64,000 nucleotides of DNA from Candidatus Aenigmatarchaeota archaeon (GTDB lineage Archaea; Aenigmatarchaeota; Aenigmatarchaeia; Aenigmatarchaeales; Aenigmatarchaeaceae), in assembly GCA_021163145.1 (NCBI GenBank), contig JAGGXH010000064.1:2197-66196 (forward strand). Direction: 5' to 3'. Of this stretch, positions 20,610 through 30,222 are shown piece after piece. Each line of letters begins with the position of its first letter. Positions within the stretch are counted from its first letter, which is position 1. The translations under genes and the position numbers were made by a program. The notes beneath the pieces are model-generated. The model ran no database searches, had not been told where the DNA came from, and saw only the letters and a list, made by a program, of their open reading frames with translations.

Positions 20610-21521
20610 ATGAAAAAAATTATAATATTGATGTTATTGGTTTCAATTATATTTGTTTCAGGTTGTATTGGAGGAGGTAATAAACAAATACAACCACAAA
20701 AAGAAACAGGCCAAGGTTTAGAAATAGTTGATTTTTCATCATCTGTTTCAGATGTATATAGTGGAAAGCTAGTATCTATTCAAATGATGGTTGAAAACAA
20801 AGGTGATTATAAGATAAATAAAGATTATGGTTTAGTATATCTAATAACTGGATCTGATTGGGCATTAACTCAAGATGCAAATAAATCATATACTAAAGAC
20901 TTAAAACCAGCTGATCCTGTTTCAGGTGCACCACCAGGAAGTGCTATATTTAGATGGTCAGCAAAAGCACCTATTTTACCAGCAAGTCAAAAAAGAACAG
21001 ATACATTTATAGCAAGAGCATATTATGATTATCAAACAAAATCATTAGGAAATGTTTGGTTATATCCTGAAGTTGAAGCAACTGCAGCAAGAGATAAAAA
21101 AGAGACATTACCTTCTTCAGAATTTTCTTGTACAAAAGCACCAATAAGTTTAGATGTGAGTGTAGTACCTGATCCTGTTATAGTTGCAGAATCAGGAGAA
21201 TTGTTTTCACTTGTAATAGATATAAAAAACAATGGAAATGGAGTAGTATATAAAAATGGAACAATAACACCATATAATCATGAATTAACAGAGAATGATC
21301 TAAATAAAATTTCATTGCAAATAGAATTACCAAATGATATTATAATAACAGATCCTTCATGTTATCAAGATGTTGAATTAATTGGTGGAGAAGCTAATAT
21401 AATATGTGATTTAGAAGTTATTGACATGCCTACAACAAAGAAAACAATACCAATAACAGTCAAAGCTGATTATGGATATTATACAGATAAAACTCTTAAT
21501 ATAAAAATTCTTGGAAAATGA
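20610..21521 (+). CDS. secreted lipoprotein-like protein
   Basis: Signal peptide with VSGC motif (LMLLVSIIFVSGCIGGG). Confidence 0.45.
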   Translation: MKKIIILMLLVSIIFVSGCIGGGNKQIQPQKETGQGLEIVDFSSSVSDVYSGKLVSIQMMVENKGDYKINKDYGLVYLITGSDWALTQDANKSYTKDLKPADPVSGAPPGSAIFRWSAKAPILPASQKRTDTFIARAYYDYQTKSLGNVWLYPEVEATAARDKKETLPSSEFSCTKAPISLDVSVVPDPVIVAESGELFSLVIDIKNNGNGVVYKNGTITPYNHELTENDLNKISLQIELPNDIIITDPSCYQDVELIGGEANIICDLEVIDMPTTKKTIPITVKADYGYYTDKTLNIKILGK

Positions 21522-21522
21522 T

Positions 21523-22767
21523 TTACTTTATAAAAGCTGATAATCCTTTTTGCCTGTATTTATATATTTCCATATTTATTTTCTTTCCTGGTGGAACAGG
21601 TATCCCATAAACTCCTGCACCACCTGGAATATATTTAAATTTATCTTCTCTAAATAGCTTAATTAATTCAGCAGTTTTTTTATGAACTTTTTCAAGTTCA
21701 TTAATAGAAATATTTAATAGAACATTAGTTTCATTTTCAAATTTATTAACAAATTCTTTCCATAAATCTTGAACCCTATTTGACCAAACCTGTTTAATAT
21801 TTAAGGCAATAGCAATAATTTCTGATAATGGTATTATATGTATATATTTTGGTCTATGCTTAGGATGAATACCTTCTTTTGTGTCAGAAAGTTCCTTAAT
21901 TCTATAATCAACACCTTTTTTAATATAATTTTTACATTTTGGACATCTCCAGTTAAGTTTTTCGGCTTCTCTTGGACTAAAAAACATTAAGCAACCTCTG
22001 CATCTTGTTCGGTTATATTTGCCTTCAAGTGGATTAAGTCCAACATTTAATATACATTTTCTATTAGCTTCTCTTTTTAATGCCTTAGATATCTCATTAA
22101 AGCTAATTTCTTTTATCTTAAGTTTATTAAATTCTCTTCCCATCTTATTTGGCCAAGGACTATGAGCATCACTATTGCTAAGAAATGTTAATTTATGTAA
22201 TTCGCTAATCCTATCAGCCATATTTGTATCTGCTGATAATCCTAATTCTAGAAAATGAATTTTATTCCAGTATTTTCCATAACAATCTTTATATGAATCA
22301 AACTTAGAATATAATGAAAAATATGGAGTAAAAGCATGCGCGAATCCTATTAAACAATCTGACTCTATACACATTTCAGCTATTTGTTCAGCACTTAACC
22401 ATAATTTAGGTCTGCCATCTGTATCTAGATTTTTACAATGTTTTTTTATTTTTTCTCTTAGTTCATATACTTTTGATAAACTAGGAAATAATATAATATG
22501 ATGAACTCTGTTATTGTCTTCAACTTCAGTCTGTAAAATAAATTTTGTTCCATTTGGATGTTCAAAAATATCTTCAGTAACTGGTTTTAATTGCTGTTTT
22601 ATTAATTTGATCCATCTTTCATTTAATATATCAGCTGTTCCAACCAGTTGTAAACCTTTTAATAGAGCTTGTTCTCCGATTACTTTTGGGATCATCTTTT
22701 GACTAACTGCACCAGAATAAAGCCCATGTACATGGAGGTCGCAATTAACTTCTATAAAATCAGACAT
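21523..22767 (-). CDS. PHP-domain nuclease with C-terminal zinc ribbons, EndoQ-like
   Basis: N-terminal CDLHVHGLYSGAVS (PHP metal-binding His cluster); C-terminal CRGC...CPKC; size ~414 aa fits archaeal endonuclease Q; assignment from memory of family features. Confidence 0.4.
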   Translation of the reverse strand: MSDFIEVNCDLHVHGLYSGAVSQKMIPKVIGEQALLKGLQLVGTADILNERWIKLIKQQLKPVTEDIFEHPNGTKFILQTEVEDNNRVHHIILFPSLSKVYELREKIKKHCKNLDTDGRPKLWLSAEQIAEMCIESDCLIGFAHAFTPYFSLYSKFDSYKDCYGKYWNKIHFLELGLSADTNMADRISELHKLTFLSNSDAHSPWPNKMGREFNKLKIKEISFNEISKALKREANRKCILNVGLNPLEGKYNRTRCRGCLMFFSPREAEKLNWRCPKCKNYIKKGVDYRIKELSDTKEGIHPKHRPKYIHIIPLSEIIAIALNIKQVWSNRVQDLWKEFVNKFENETNVLLNISINELEKVHKKTAELIKLFREDKFKYIPGGAGVYGIPVPPGKKINMEIYKYRQKGLSAFIK

Positions 22768-24194
22768 TTTTTATACACCTTATACCAATTTTTATCTAAT
22801 AAATCAAATTTTCTTAGAGTTCTACAGAAATTTAGAAATTCCTTTCTAATCATAGGATAATAGTTATTCTGAAATTTTAAAATTATATTTCTTATTTCTC
22901 TACCTTCTTTTGTAAATATAATTTTATATTTTTTATTTGGTTTTGGACTTATTTGCTTTAATTTTATTAGCTCATATTTCTTGAAAACATTTATATATTT
23001 TTTTTGACCTCTTGCAATGTCAATACCCTTAATAATGTAACCGTCTTTGATTTTCATAAAAGCTTTTGTATACTGTAAATTTAAGAACAAATATATAAAT
23101 TTTAATCTATTAATCAGATTGAATTTATAAATATCATTGATTATAAGATTTATATTTTTGAACCAATCTGAATAAATTATCAATTTAGCTGTAGTAGGAT
23201 AATTACAGCATTTGATTTTTATATTTTCATTTTTAAATATTTTTTCTAATAATAAGAAATCTGAATTTAGCGTTTTTTTATTTAAGCTAATATGATGAGT
23301 TAAAAATGTTTTTGTCTGCTTTATAGGACTTCCGTCACCTGACAAAACACCTCTAATAAAATTATTATTGTCATATGGAATATTCACATCTAATAATTTT
23401 AAAAATAGTTCTTTTAGAATAATGCTACCAATATTCATTTCAAGTGTACCGCATGGTGATCTCGATTTTCTGCTTAAATGAAGCTTTGTGAATTTTTCTA
23501 TACCGGTTTGAGTTTTCCAAAATGCCTTTAATTGTTTTTCTTTTTTCTTTAGTTTGGGGTGACAATATATAGAAGCACTAATATCTTTTCTTCTTAGGTT
23601 TGATATGCTTTCTATAAAATCTAAAATAATATTAATTGTACTAGGGTCAGAATTTGTAAATGATGGTGCTTTCTTCCCACCTTCAGCGAAATATAAACCT
23701 AATGCAGCAGATGCCAATTCAGTAATTCTTATTTTTTTGTTAAAAATAATATCTTTTTTATAATATCCTCCAACTAATACTTTTAAATTGTTTAGTTGAT
23801 ATGCATAAATTGGAGTTAATCCTGTAGATTTCGGCATAATAGAAAGAATAGATATCTCGGAAGATTCTTTCTTATTTTCTCTAATTAAAGCCTCCTTTTC
23901 TGGAATTATATCTATAATCTTAATCTTCGGATTTTTAATCAACTTTTCCTTTTTGTATGAAATAATATAACTGTTTTCTGTTCTATGCATTTTTTTGAAT
24001 CTTATTGATTTATTATCTTTATTTGAAACTTCAACAACAGTTATTAAATTATTACAAGGTTTAGAAATAAAATTTTTAATGATACTCATTGGAATTGATG
24101 TAGTAAAATTAGATCTTATATGCGGTTTATATGTATTATTATTTATAATGCTATACTTGCTTCGATCCAAATTTAACTCACTAATATTTACCAC
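22752..24194 (-). CDS. LAGLIDADG homing endonuclease-like protein (free-standing)
   Basis: Motifs LGLYFAEGGK and FIRGVLSGDGSP; 3' end overlaps the start of the EndoQ-like gene by 16 nt. Confidence 0.55.
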   Translation of the reverse strand: MVNISELNLDRSKYSIINNNTYKPHIRSNFTTSIPMSIIKNFISKPCNNLITVVEVSNKDNKSIRFKKMHRTENSYIISYKKEKLIKNPKIKIIDIIPEKEALIRENKKESSEISILSIMPKSTGLTPIYAYQLNNLKVLVGGYYKKDIIFNKKIRITELASAALGLYFAEGGKKAPSFTNSDPSTINIILDFIESISNLRRKDISASIYCHPKLKKKEKQLKAFWKTQTGIEKFTKLHLSRKSRSPCGTLEMNIGSIILKELFLKLLDVNIPYDNNNFIRGVLSGDGSPIKQTKTFLTHHISLNKKTLNSDFLLLEKIFKNENIKIKCCNYPTTAKLIIYSDWFKNINLIINDIYKFNLINRLKFIYLFLNLQYTKAFMKIKDGYIIKGIDIARGQKKYINVFKKYELIKLKQISPKPNKKYKIIFTKEGREIRNIILKFQNNYYPMIRKEFLNFCRTLRKFDLLDKNWYKVYKKCLIL

Positions 24195-24253
24195 CTAATA
24201 TCTATAACAATTCAAAGTTTATATTGATTTCTACTCATAAACTAAGAAAAGTA

Positions 24254-24300
24254 AATGGGACAACTGTCCCATTAAAAAATGACGGTGCAACTGTGCCATT
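24254..24300. repeat. two tandem hairpins sharing a CAACUGU core
   Basis: aatgggaca-ac-tgtcccatt (perfect 9-bp stem) and ggtgca-ac-tgtgcc (pairs with two G-U wobbles only as plus-strand RNA). Confidence 0.4.
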
Positions 24301-24347
24301 ATAAATAATGTGAATGAATATGTAAATCAGCAATTATTTTCATTACA

Positions 24348-24542
24348 TCACGAATTATCTTCTATAAATTTTTCAAAACTTCTATCAAATGTTTTTTCAG
24401 CTTCTTTAGAAAAGCAACAAGCAGGTAGCTCATTTCTACTTAAATGAAATCGTAAACATTCACAACATATTACTTTTTTATCACATCCAGAATATGTACA
24501 AGGGCATTTTTCTAAATTTTTTTGAAAATTTGGACAGTGCAT
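24348..24542 (-). CDS. small Cys-rich protein (zinc-ribbon-like), short form of listed ORF 24348..24647
   Basis: MHCPNFQKNLEKCPCTYSGCDKKVICCECLRF...; the longer listed ORF reads into the tRNA gene so the internal Met at 24540..24542 is taken. Confidence 0.3.
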   Translation of the reverse strand: MHCPNFQKNLEKCPCTYSGCDKKVICCECLRFHLSRNELPACCFSKEAEKTFDRSFEKFIEDNS

Positions 24543-24553
24543 GAAAATCACAA

Positions 24554-24663
24554 TGGTGGGCGAGGAGAGATTTGAACTCTCGACCTCTACGTTATCAGCT
24601 ACGCCTCTATTGTATTGGAAAATACAAAGATGTAGCGCTCTAACCAAGCTAAGCTACCCGCCC
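24554..24663 (-). tRNA. tRNA-Ile (anticodon GAU) with 32-nt intron at a non-canonical position (anticodon-stem 30/31)
   Basis: 5' 31 nt identical to tRNA-Ile(UAU) at 10016; joining ...gagcgctac + gctgataacgtagaggtc gives stem CUACG/CGUAG, loop CUGAUAA (GAT at plus 24594..24596), variable AGGUC, T-arm GAGAG-UUCAAAU-CUCUC, acceptor CUCGCCC+ACCA; intron 24600..24631. Confidence 0.65.
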
Positions 24664-24720
24664 ATGTATTAATTATTAATATATTATATCTTTTTATAGT
24701 TTTGGTTTTAAATAGTTTTC

Positions 24721-24963
24721 ATGTCTCGTGAAGAAGTTCTTAATATATTAAGAAAAATAAAGGATCCTCATTTAGGTGAAAATATAGTAGATGCTAATAT
24801 GGTTAAAGATTTAGAAATTAATGATAAATTAGTAAAGTTCAAATTAATTGCACCTGCAATAGGATGTGTTGGTTGTCCAGCTGTTCAAATTATGGTAGAA
24901 GAAATAAAAGAAGAATTAAATAAACATGGCTATAAAAGTGACATAGAAGTTGTGTTTGAATAA
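24721..24963 (+). CDS. DUF59/MIP18-family Fe-S cluster assembly protein
   Basis: ILRKIKDPHLGENIVDANMVKDL...CVGCPA pattern. Confidence 0.55.
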   Translation: MSREEVLNILRKIKDPHLGENIVDANMVKDLEINDKLVKFKLIAPAIGCVGCPAVQIMVEEIKEELNKHGYKSDIEVVFE

Positions 24964-25158
24964 CTTATTTTACTGGAACCAAATCATATCCTTCTTCTCT
25001 TTCATGATTTGGTCGCTTGAAATACCACACACCCTCTACTTTTATATAATTTGGGTCATTTTCATACTTACTTGTGCACATTAAAATAAATAATTATAAT
25101 TAAAAATTTAAAAAACTTTATATGCTTAAGAATATTTATTTTCAATAGAGATGATAAT

Positions 25159-27525
25159 ATGGAAAAAAGATACGATGCAAAGCAAGTTGAGCAAAAAATA
25201 CAGAAATTTTGGTCAGATAATAATATCTTTAAATTTGATCCTAGATCCAATAAACCTATTTTTTCAATAGATGTTCCACCACCATATGCTTCTGCTGGGC
25301 ATTTGCATGTAGGTCATGCATTGCATTATACCCAATTTGAATTTATCGCAAGATACAAGAGAATGAGAGGATATAATGTGTATTTCGCTCCATGTTTTGA
25401 TAATAATGGTTTACCAACTGAAAAATATGTTGAAGAAAAATATAAAATAACAAAATCAGATATAACAAGACCAGAGTTTATTAAACTTTGTAGAGAAGAA
25501 GCATCAAAGGTTGAAAAAGAATATTCAGAAAAAGTCTTTAAGAGACTAGGACATTCATATGATTGGAGTTTATTATATACAACAATAGATCCAGAATCAC
25601 AAAGAGTTGCACAAACATCATTCTTAAGATTAATAAAACAAGGAGATTGCTATAGAAAAGAGGAGCCAACCTTATGGTGCCCTTATCATCAAACAGCATT
25701 AGCACAAGCAGAAGTAGAAGATTTGAAGAGAACTACAAAATTAAATTATATTTATTTTAAGTTAAAAGATTCTGATAAAAAAATAGAAATTGCAACAACA
25801 AGACCAGAACTATTACCTGCATGTGTTGGTATATTTGTTCATCCAGAAGATGAAAGATATAAGGATATCATCGGAAAAAAAGCAATTGTCCCTCTATTTA
25901 ATTATGAAGTAGAGATAATGACAGATGAAAAAGTAGACAAAGAATTTGGTAGTGGAATTGTTATGGTCTGTACATTTGGTGATAAGACAGATATAGAATG
26001 GTGGAAAAAACACAACTTAGATCTGAAAATTATTGTAACAAAGGATGGAAAATTAAATGAATTAGCAGGAAAATATAAAGGCAAGGATTTTTCAACAGCA
26101 CGACAAGAAATATTAGAGGATTTAGATAAACAAGGCTTTTTAATTAAACAAGAACCATTAGAGCAGACAGTTGGTGTTTGTTGGAGATGCTCTACACCTA
26201 TTGAATTTATAGTTACAAAACAATGGTTCATAAAAACAATAAAATATAAAAAAGAGTTAATTGAACAAGGAAGAAAAATTAATTGGTATCCTGAATTTTA
26301 TAGAAAAAGATATGAAGATTGGATAAATAACTTAGGATGGGATTGGTGTATATCTAGACAAAGATTTTATGGTGTTCCAATACCTGTATGGTATTGTAAA
26401 AAATGTGGTACACCAATTTTTCCAGATGAATCAGAATTACCTGTAGACCCAGTTGAGAAATCTCCGAATAAAAAATGTAAATGTGGGTCAGATGAATTTG
26501 AACCAGAATATGATGTCTTTGATACATGGATGACATCTTCTATGACACCACAAATCACAATAAGATGGTTAGAAAAACCTGATCAATTTGATAAACTATT
26601 TCCTTTATCATTACGACCACAAGCACAGGATATAATTAGAACATGGGCATTCTATACTATATTAAAATCATATTTACATTTCAAAAAAATTCCATGGTAT
26701 GATATTGCCCTTGGAACATTTGTTTTAGATGAAAAAGGAAGAGGAATGAGCAAATCCAAAGGAAATGTTGTATGGGCAGATGAATTATTAGATAAATATG
26801 ATGTTGATAGTTTTAGATATTGGGCAGGAAATGCAACATGGGGAACAGATTTATCATTTAAAGAAAAAGAGCTTATTGCAGGTAAGAAATTTATTACAAA
26901 ATTGTGGAATGCATCAAGATTTGTAATAATGAATCTTAAAGATTACAAACCACAAAAAACAGAACTATATCCAATAGATAAGTGGATATTATCAAAATTA
27001 GATGATATAATAGAACAAGCAACTGACCTAAATGATAGATATGAAACAGGAAAAGCAAAAAGATTAGTAGAACAATTTTTCTGGAAAGATTTTTGCGATA
27101 ATTATATTGAAATTGTAAAACATAGATTATATAATGAAGATCATTCTACACTAGCAGCAAAATATACGTTGTATACAGTATTACTAAAAACATTAAAATT
27201 ATTTGCACCAATTGTTCCTCATATTACAGAGGAAATATATCAAAATTACTTTAAACAGCATGAAGGAGACATTTCAATTCATGTTTCAAAATGGCCAGAA
27301 AAAGAAAATGTTGAAAAAACAAATGGAGATATTGTTATTGAAGTAATATCTAAAATAAGAAAATATAAACATTATAACAAATTACCACTAAATTCAGAGC
27401 TAAATAAGGTTATAATAATATCTAAGGAAGATATTTCTGAATTTAAAGATGATATTAAAGGCGCATTAAAAATAAAAGAAATAGAGTTTAAAAAAGGAGA
27501 AGAAACAAATATAGAAATTATTTAA
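25159..27525 (+). CDS. valS: class I aminoacyl-tRNA synthetase of the Val/Ile/Leu family, most likely valyl-tRNA synthetase
   Basis: HIGH-type motif PPPYASAGHLHVGHA, ARYKRMRGYNV...DNNGLPTE, zinc knuckles CWRC/CKKC with QWF, KMSKS (GMSKSKGN); 788 aa is closest to ValRS but Ile/Leu not excluded. Confidence 0.65.
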   Translation: MEKRYDAKQVEQKIQKFWSDNNIFKFDPRSNKPIFSIDVPPPYASAGHLHVGHALHYTQFEFIARYKRMRGYNVYFAPCFDNNGLPTEKYVEEKYKITKSDITRPEFIKLCREEASKVEKEYSEKVFKRLGHSYDWSLLYTTIDPESQRVAQTSFLRLIKQGDCYRKEEPTLWCPYHQTALAQAEVEDLKRTTKLNYIYFKLKDSDKKIEIATTRPELLPACVGIFVHPEDERYKDIIGKKAIVPLFNYEVEIMTDEKVDKEFGSGIVMVCTFGDKTDIEWWKKHNLDLKIIVTKDGKLNELAGKYKGKDFSTARQEILEDLDKQGFLIKQEPLEQTVGVCWRCSTPIEFIVTKQWFIKTIKYKKELIEQGRKINWYPEFYRKRYEDWINNLGWDWCISRQRFYGVPIPVWYCKKCGTPIFPDESELPVDPVEKSPNKKCKCGSDEFEPEYDVFDTWMTSSMTPQITIRWLEKPDQFDKLFPLSLRPQAQDIIRTWAFYTILKSYLHFKKIPWYDIALGTFVLDEKGRGMSKSKGNVVWADELLDKYDVDSFRYWAGNATWGTDLSFKEKELIAGKKFITKLWNASRFVIMNLKDYKPQKTELYPIDKWILSKLDDIIEQATDLNDRYETGKAKRLVEQFFWKDFCDNYIEIVKHRLYNEDHSTLAAKYTLYTVLLKTLKLFAPIVPHITEEIYQNYFKQHEGDISIHVSKWPEKENVEKTNGDIVIEVISKIRKYKHYNKLPLNSELNKVIIISKEDISEFKDDIKGALKIKEIEFKKGEETNIEII

Positions 27526-27601
27526 ACTTTGTAATATAATTTTAATTGTGAATAAAATGAAATACATACAAGTTTTAAACAATTGACAAACTTTTTCTAG
27601 T

Positions 27602-28801
27602 GTGAACTATATGTCAAATGATACAAATTATAAGCTAAAGAAACTATTAAAAGAACTTGAAAGTAAGAGAGGAAGGCACACAGAATTGATTAGTCTTTAT
27701 ATTCCTAAGGGATATTCTTTAAATGAAATAATGACACTGCTGTCAAATGAAATTTCATTAACACAGAACGTAAAATCTAAAACAGTTAGAAAAAATGTTA
27801 CAGATGCATTAACAAAAATAATGCAACATCTTAAGACATATAAAAAGACTCCTGAAAATGGTTTAGCTATTTTCTGTGGAAATGTTTCTGAGCAAGAAGG
27901 TAAAACAGATATTGAACTCTGGGCTGTTGAGCCACCAGAACCACTTGGTATAAAATTATATTGGTGTGATCAAAAATTTGAATTACAACCATTAAGAGAC
28001 ATGGTTAAAGAAAAAGATGTATATGGATTAGTTGTATTAGATGCAAATGAAGCAACAATTGGAATTTTAAAAGGAAAGCAAATACAAGTTAAGAAACATC
28101 TTAAATCAATTGTTCCTGGAAAGTTTATTAAAGGTGGGCAATCACAAATGAGATTTCAAAGAGTTAGAGAAGGTTTATTAAATGATTGGTTAAAAACTGT
28201 TGCAGAAAATGTTAAAAAATTCTTATCAGACACAAAAGGCATTATTATAGGTGGAGGAGGACCTGTTAAAGATAATTTTTATAATAAGCATTATCTTCCA
28301 ACAGAATTAGAAAAAAAAGTTATTGGTATAAAAGATGTTGGATATACAGATGAGCATGGCTTACAAGAACTTTTAAATAGATCAGAGGATTTATTACAAG
28401 AAGCAGCAGTTTCTAAAGAAAAAAAGATATTGAAGAAATTCTTTGATAATTTAAACACAGATAGCGGAATGGTGGTATATGGATTAGATGCTGTTATAGA
28501 TGCATTGCAAAAAGGTGCAGTGGAAACAATTCTTATATCAGAAGATCTAGATTATTTTGAAGGAGAATTTATTTGCGAATGTGGAAATTCTTTTAAAAAA
28601 ATTGTAAAAAATGAAAATATCAAATGTCCAAAATGTGGAAGTAACATGAAATTGATTGGAAAAGAAGATATAATAGATGCTATAGAAGAAATTGTTAAAA
28701 ATTATGGAACAGAAGTTATTATTATTTCTAGAACAACATCAGAGGGAGAACAATTTTATAACATTGGTGGAATAGGAGCTATCTTAAGATATAAAATATA
28801 A
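27602..28801 (+). CDS. prf1: peptide chain release factor aRF1
   Basis: GGQ motif (FIKGGQSQMRFQR), NIKS-like TQNVKSKT, C-terminal GGIGAILRYKI; contains a CxxC...CxxC insertion in domain 3. Confidence 0.85.
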   Translation: MNYMSNDTNYKLKKLLKELESKRGRHTELISLYIPKGYSLNEIMTLLSNEISLTQNVKSKTVRKNVTDALTKIMQHLKTYKKTPENGLAIFCGNVSEQEGKTDIELWAVEPPEPLGIKLYWCDQKFELQPLRDMVKEKDVYGLVVLDANEATIGILKGKQIQVKKHLKSIVPGKFIKGGQSQMRFQRVREGLLNDWLKTVAENVKKFLSDTKGIIIGGGGPVKDNFYNKHYLPTELEKKVIGIKDVGYTDEHGLQELLNRSEDLLQEAAVSKEKKILKKFFDNLNTDSGMVVYGLDAVIDALQKGAVETILISEDLDYFEGEFICECGNSFKKIVKNENIKCPKCGSNMKLIGKEDIIDAIEEIVKNYGTEVIIISRTTSEGEQFYNIGGIGAILRYKI

Positions 28802-28812
28802 AAAATGTAGAG

Positions 28813-29319
28813 TTATAAAAACTCTACAAAATCAGCTGCATGTTTTAAAGAGACAGCCAATCCTGGCTTTGCAGCAACTAAAAGTGTTTTTTTACCTTTT
28901 TCTTTTGCTTTTTGAATAAGTGCAAAAAAATCTGCATCACGACTTGCAAGAGCAATGATATCTATATTTGGATTATATATTGCCTCCATTGCATGAACAG
29001 CAACAGCAACATCTACATCTGTTTTTTGTTCAGGGTCACCAAGTGCAATTATTGTTTCAAGACCCTCATTTGTGACAGCTTCTATAAGCTTTTCAGATGC
29101 AAATTGATTTAAAAAAACTTTTCCTACCACAATTCTTCCATATTTCTCTACTTTCTTTCTCATTGCTCTTAAATCTACATTGAATTCTTTCCTAATTATA
29201 TTTGGCCCATCTACAAAAAATGCTATCCTGTTCTTTTTCTCACTAATTTTTTTAATTGCACTGAAACCCTTTTTTACATTTTCTAACATAGAAAAACACC
29301 TGTTATTAATTAGTAGCAT
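28813..29319 (-). CDS. NYN/LabA-like (PIN-fold) domain protein
   Basis: IAFFVDGPNI...LASRDADF pattern. Confidence 0.55.
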   Translation of the reverse strand: MLLINNRCFSMLENVKKGFSAIKKISEKKNRIAFFVDGPNIIRKEFNVDLRAMRKKVEKYGRIVVGKVFLNQFASEKLIEAVTNEGLETIIALGDPEQKTDVDVAVAVHAMEAIYNPNIDIIALASRDADFFALIQKAKEKGKKTLLVAAKPGLAVSLKHAADFVEFL

Positions 29320-29325
29320 TACTTT

Positions 29326-30093
29326 TTATATTGGTAGGTTAAAGAAATTTATTGCATTCTTTGTAGTTTGTTCTATTACTTGCTCTACATCTATTTTTTT
29401 AATTTCTGCGATTTTATTAGCAACAGTTTTTACAGTTGTTGAATCATTTATTACATCTTTTCCTTCTAATATTTTTTCAGGTGCTAACCATGGTGCATCT
29501 GTCTCTAGCATAATGTTTTCTAATGGCATATCTCTTATTATTTTTTTATGCTTTTTTGATCTAAGTATAATAGCATTTATTGAGATACTCCAATTATTCT
29601 CAATGACAATTGGTAATTGCTTCCATCCACCCCACATGTGTAAAAGAACATTTTTTTGATCATATAATAAATCTAAAGTATCTTCATATGCTTCTCTGCA
29701 ATGTATAATAATTGGTTTATTTAAAGTATTTGCTAAATCTAACATTTTTTCAAACAAAATCTTTTGTTTTTCTATTAAACTAGGCTCTTTTACCCAAAAA
29801 TAATCAAGACCAATTTCTCCTATACCAACTATATTGTTTTGATAATTCTTTATTTTTTCTATAAAAACATCTATTTGATTGTCTGATAAATCTTTAACAT
29901 ATTCTGGATGTATACCAACTGTAGCAAAAACAAATTTTTTATATTGATTTACAAGTTGCATTGTTAAATTAAAATCATGCGGATGGGCACAAGAAGTTAT
30001 TATAGCTTTTAATCCAAAATTCTTATATTTCTTAATTAATTTATTTCGATCTTTGTATACAGATTGTTCTAAATGGCAATGGCTATCTATCAT
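29326..30093 (-). CDS. tatD: TatD-family metal-dependent hydrolase/DNase
   Basis: MIDSHCHLE N-terminus, GEIGLDY, HCR and D motifs of TatD TIM-barrel. Confidence 0.8.
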   Translation of the reverse strand: MIDSHCHLEQSVYKDRNKLIKKYKNFGLKAIITSCAHPHDFNLTMQLVNQYKKFVFATVGIHPEYVKDLSDNQIDVFIEKIKNYQNNIVGIGEIGLDYFWVKEPSLIEKQKILFEKMLDLANTLNKPIIIHCREAYEDTLDLLYDQKNVLLHMWGGWKQLPIVIENNWSISINAIILRSKKHKKIIRDMPLENIMLETDAPWLAPEKILEGKDVINDSTTVKTVANKIAEIKKIDVEQVIEQTTKNAINFFNLPI

Positions 30094-30222
30094 AACATAA
30101 GATTAGAGAAATAGTTTAAATATTTAATTCTTATATAAGCAGAGATTATTTTTTAGCTTTCTTTTTCTTTGCTTTATTTTTACAATATTTATATTGTGCT
30201 TTTTTAACACCAAAAGGATTTC

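Noticed and set aside
24348-24647. 99-aa ORF as listed, extending through the tRNA-Ile(GAU) gene
   Set aside because: Its N-terminal 35 codons are the antisense and overlap of the tRNA; only the Cys-rich C-terminal part from the internal Met (24348..24542) is plausibly coding
25068-25250. 60-aa minus-strand ORF upstream of or overlapping the ValRS start
   Set aside because: Hydrophobic low-complexity antisense ORF overlapping the synthetase N-terminus
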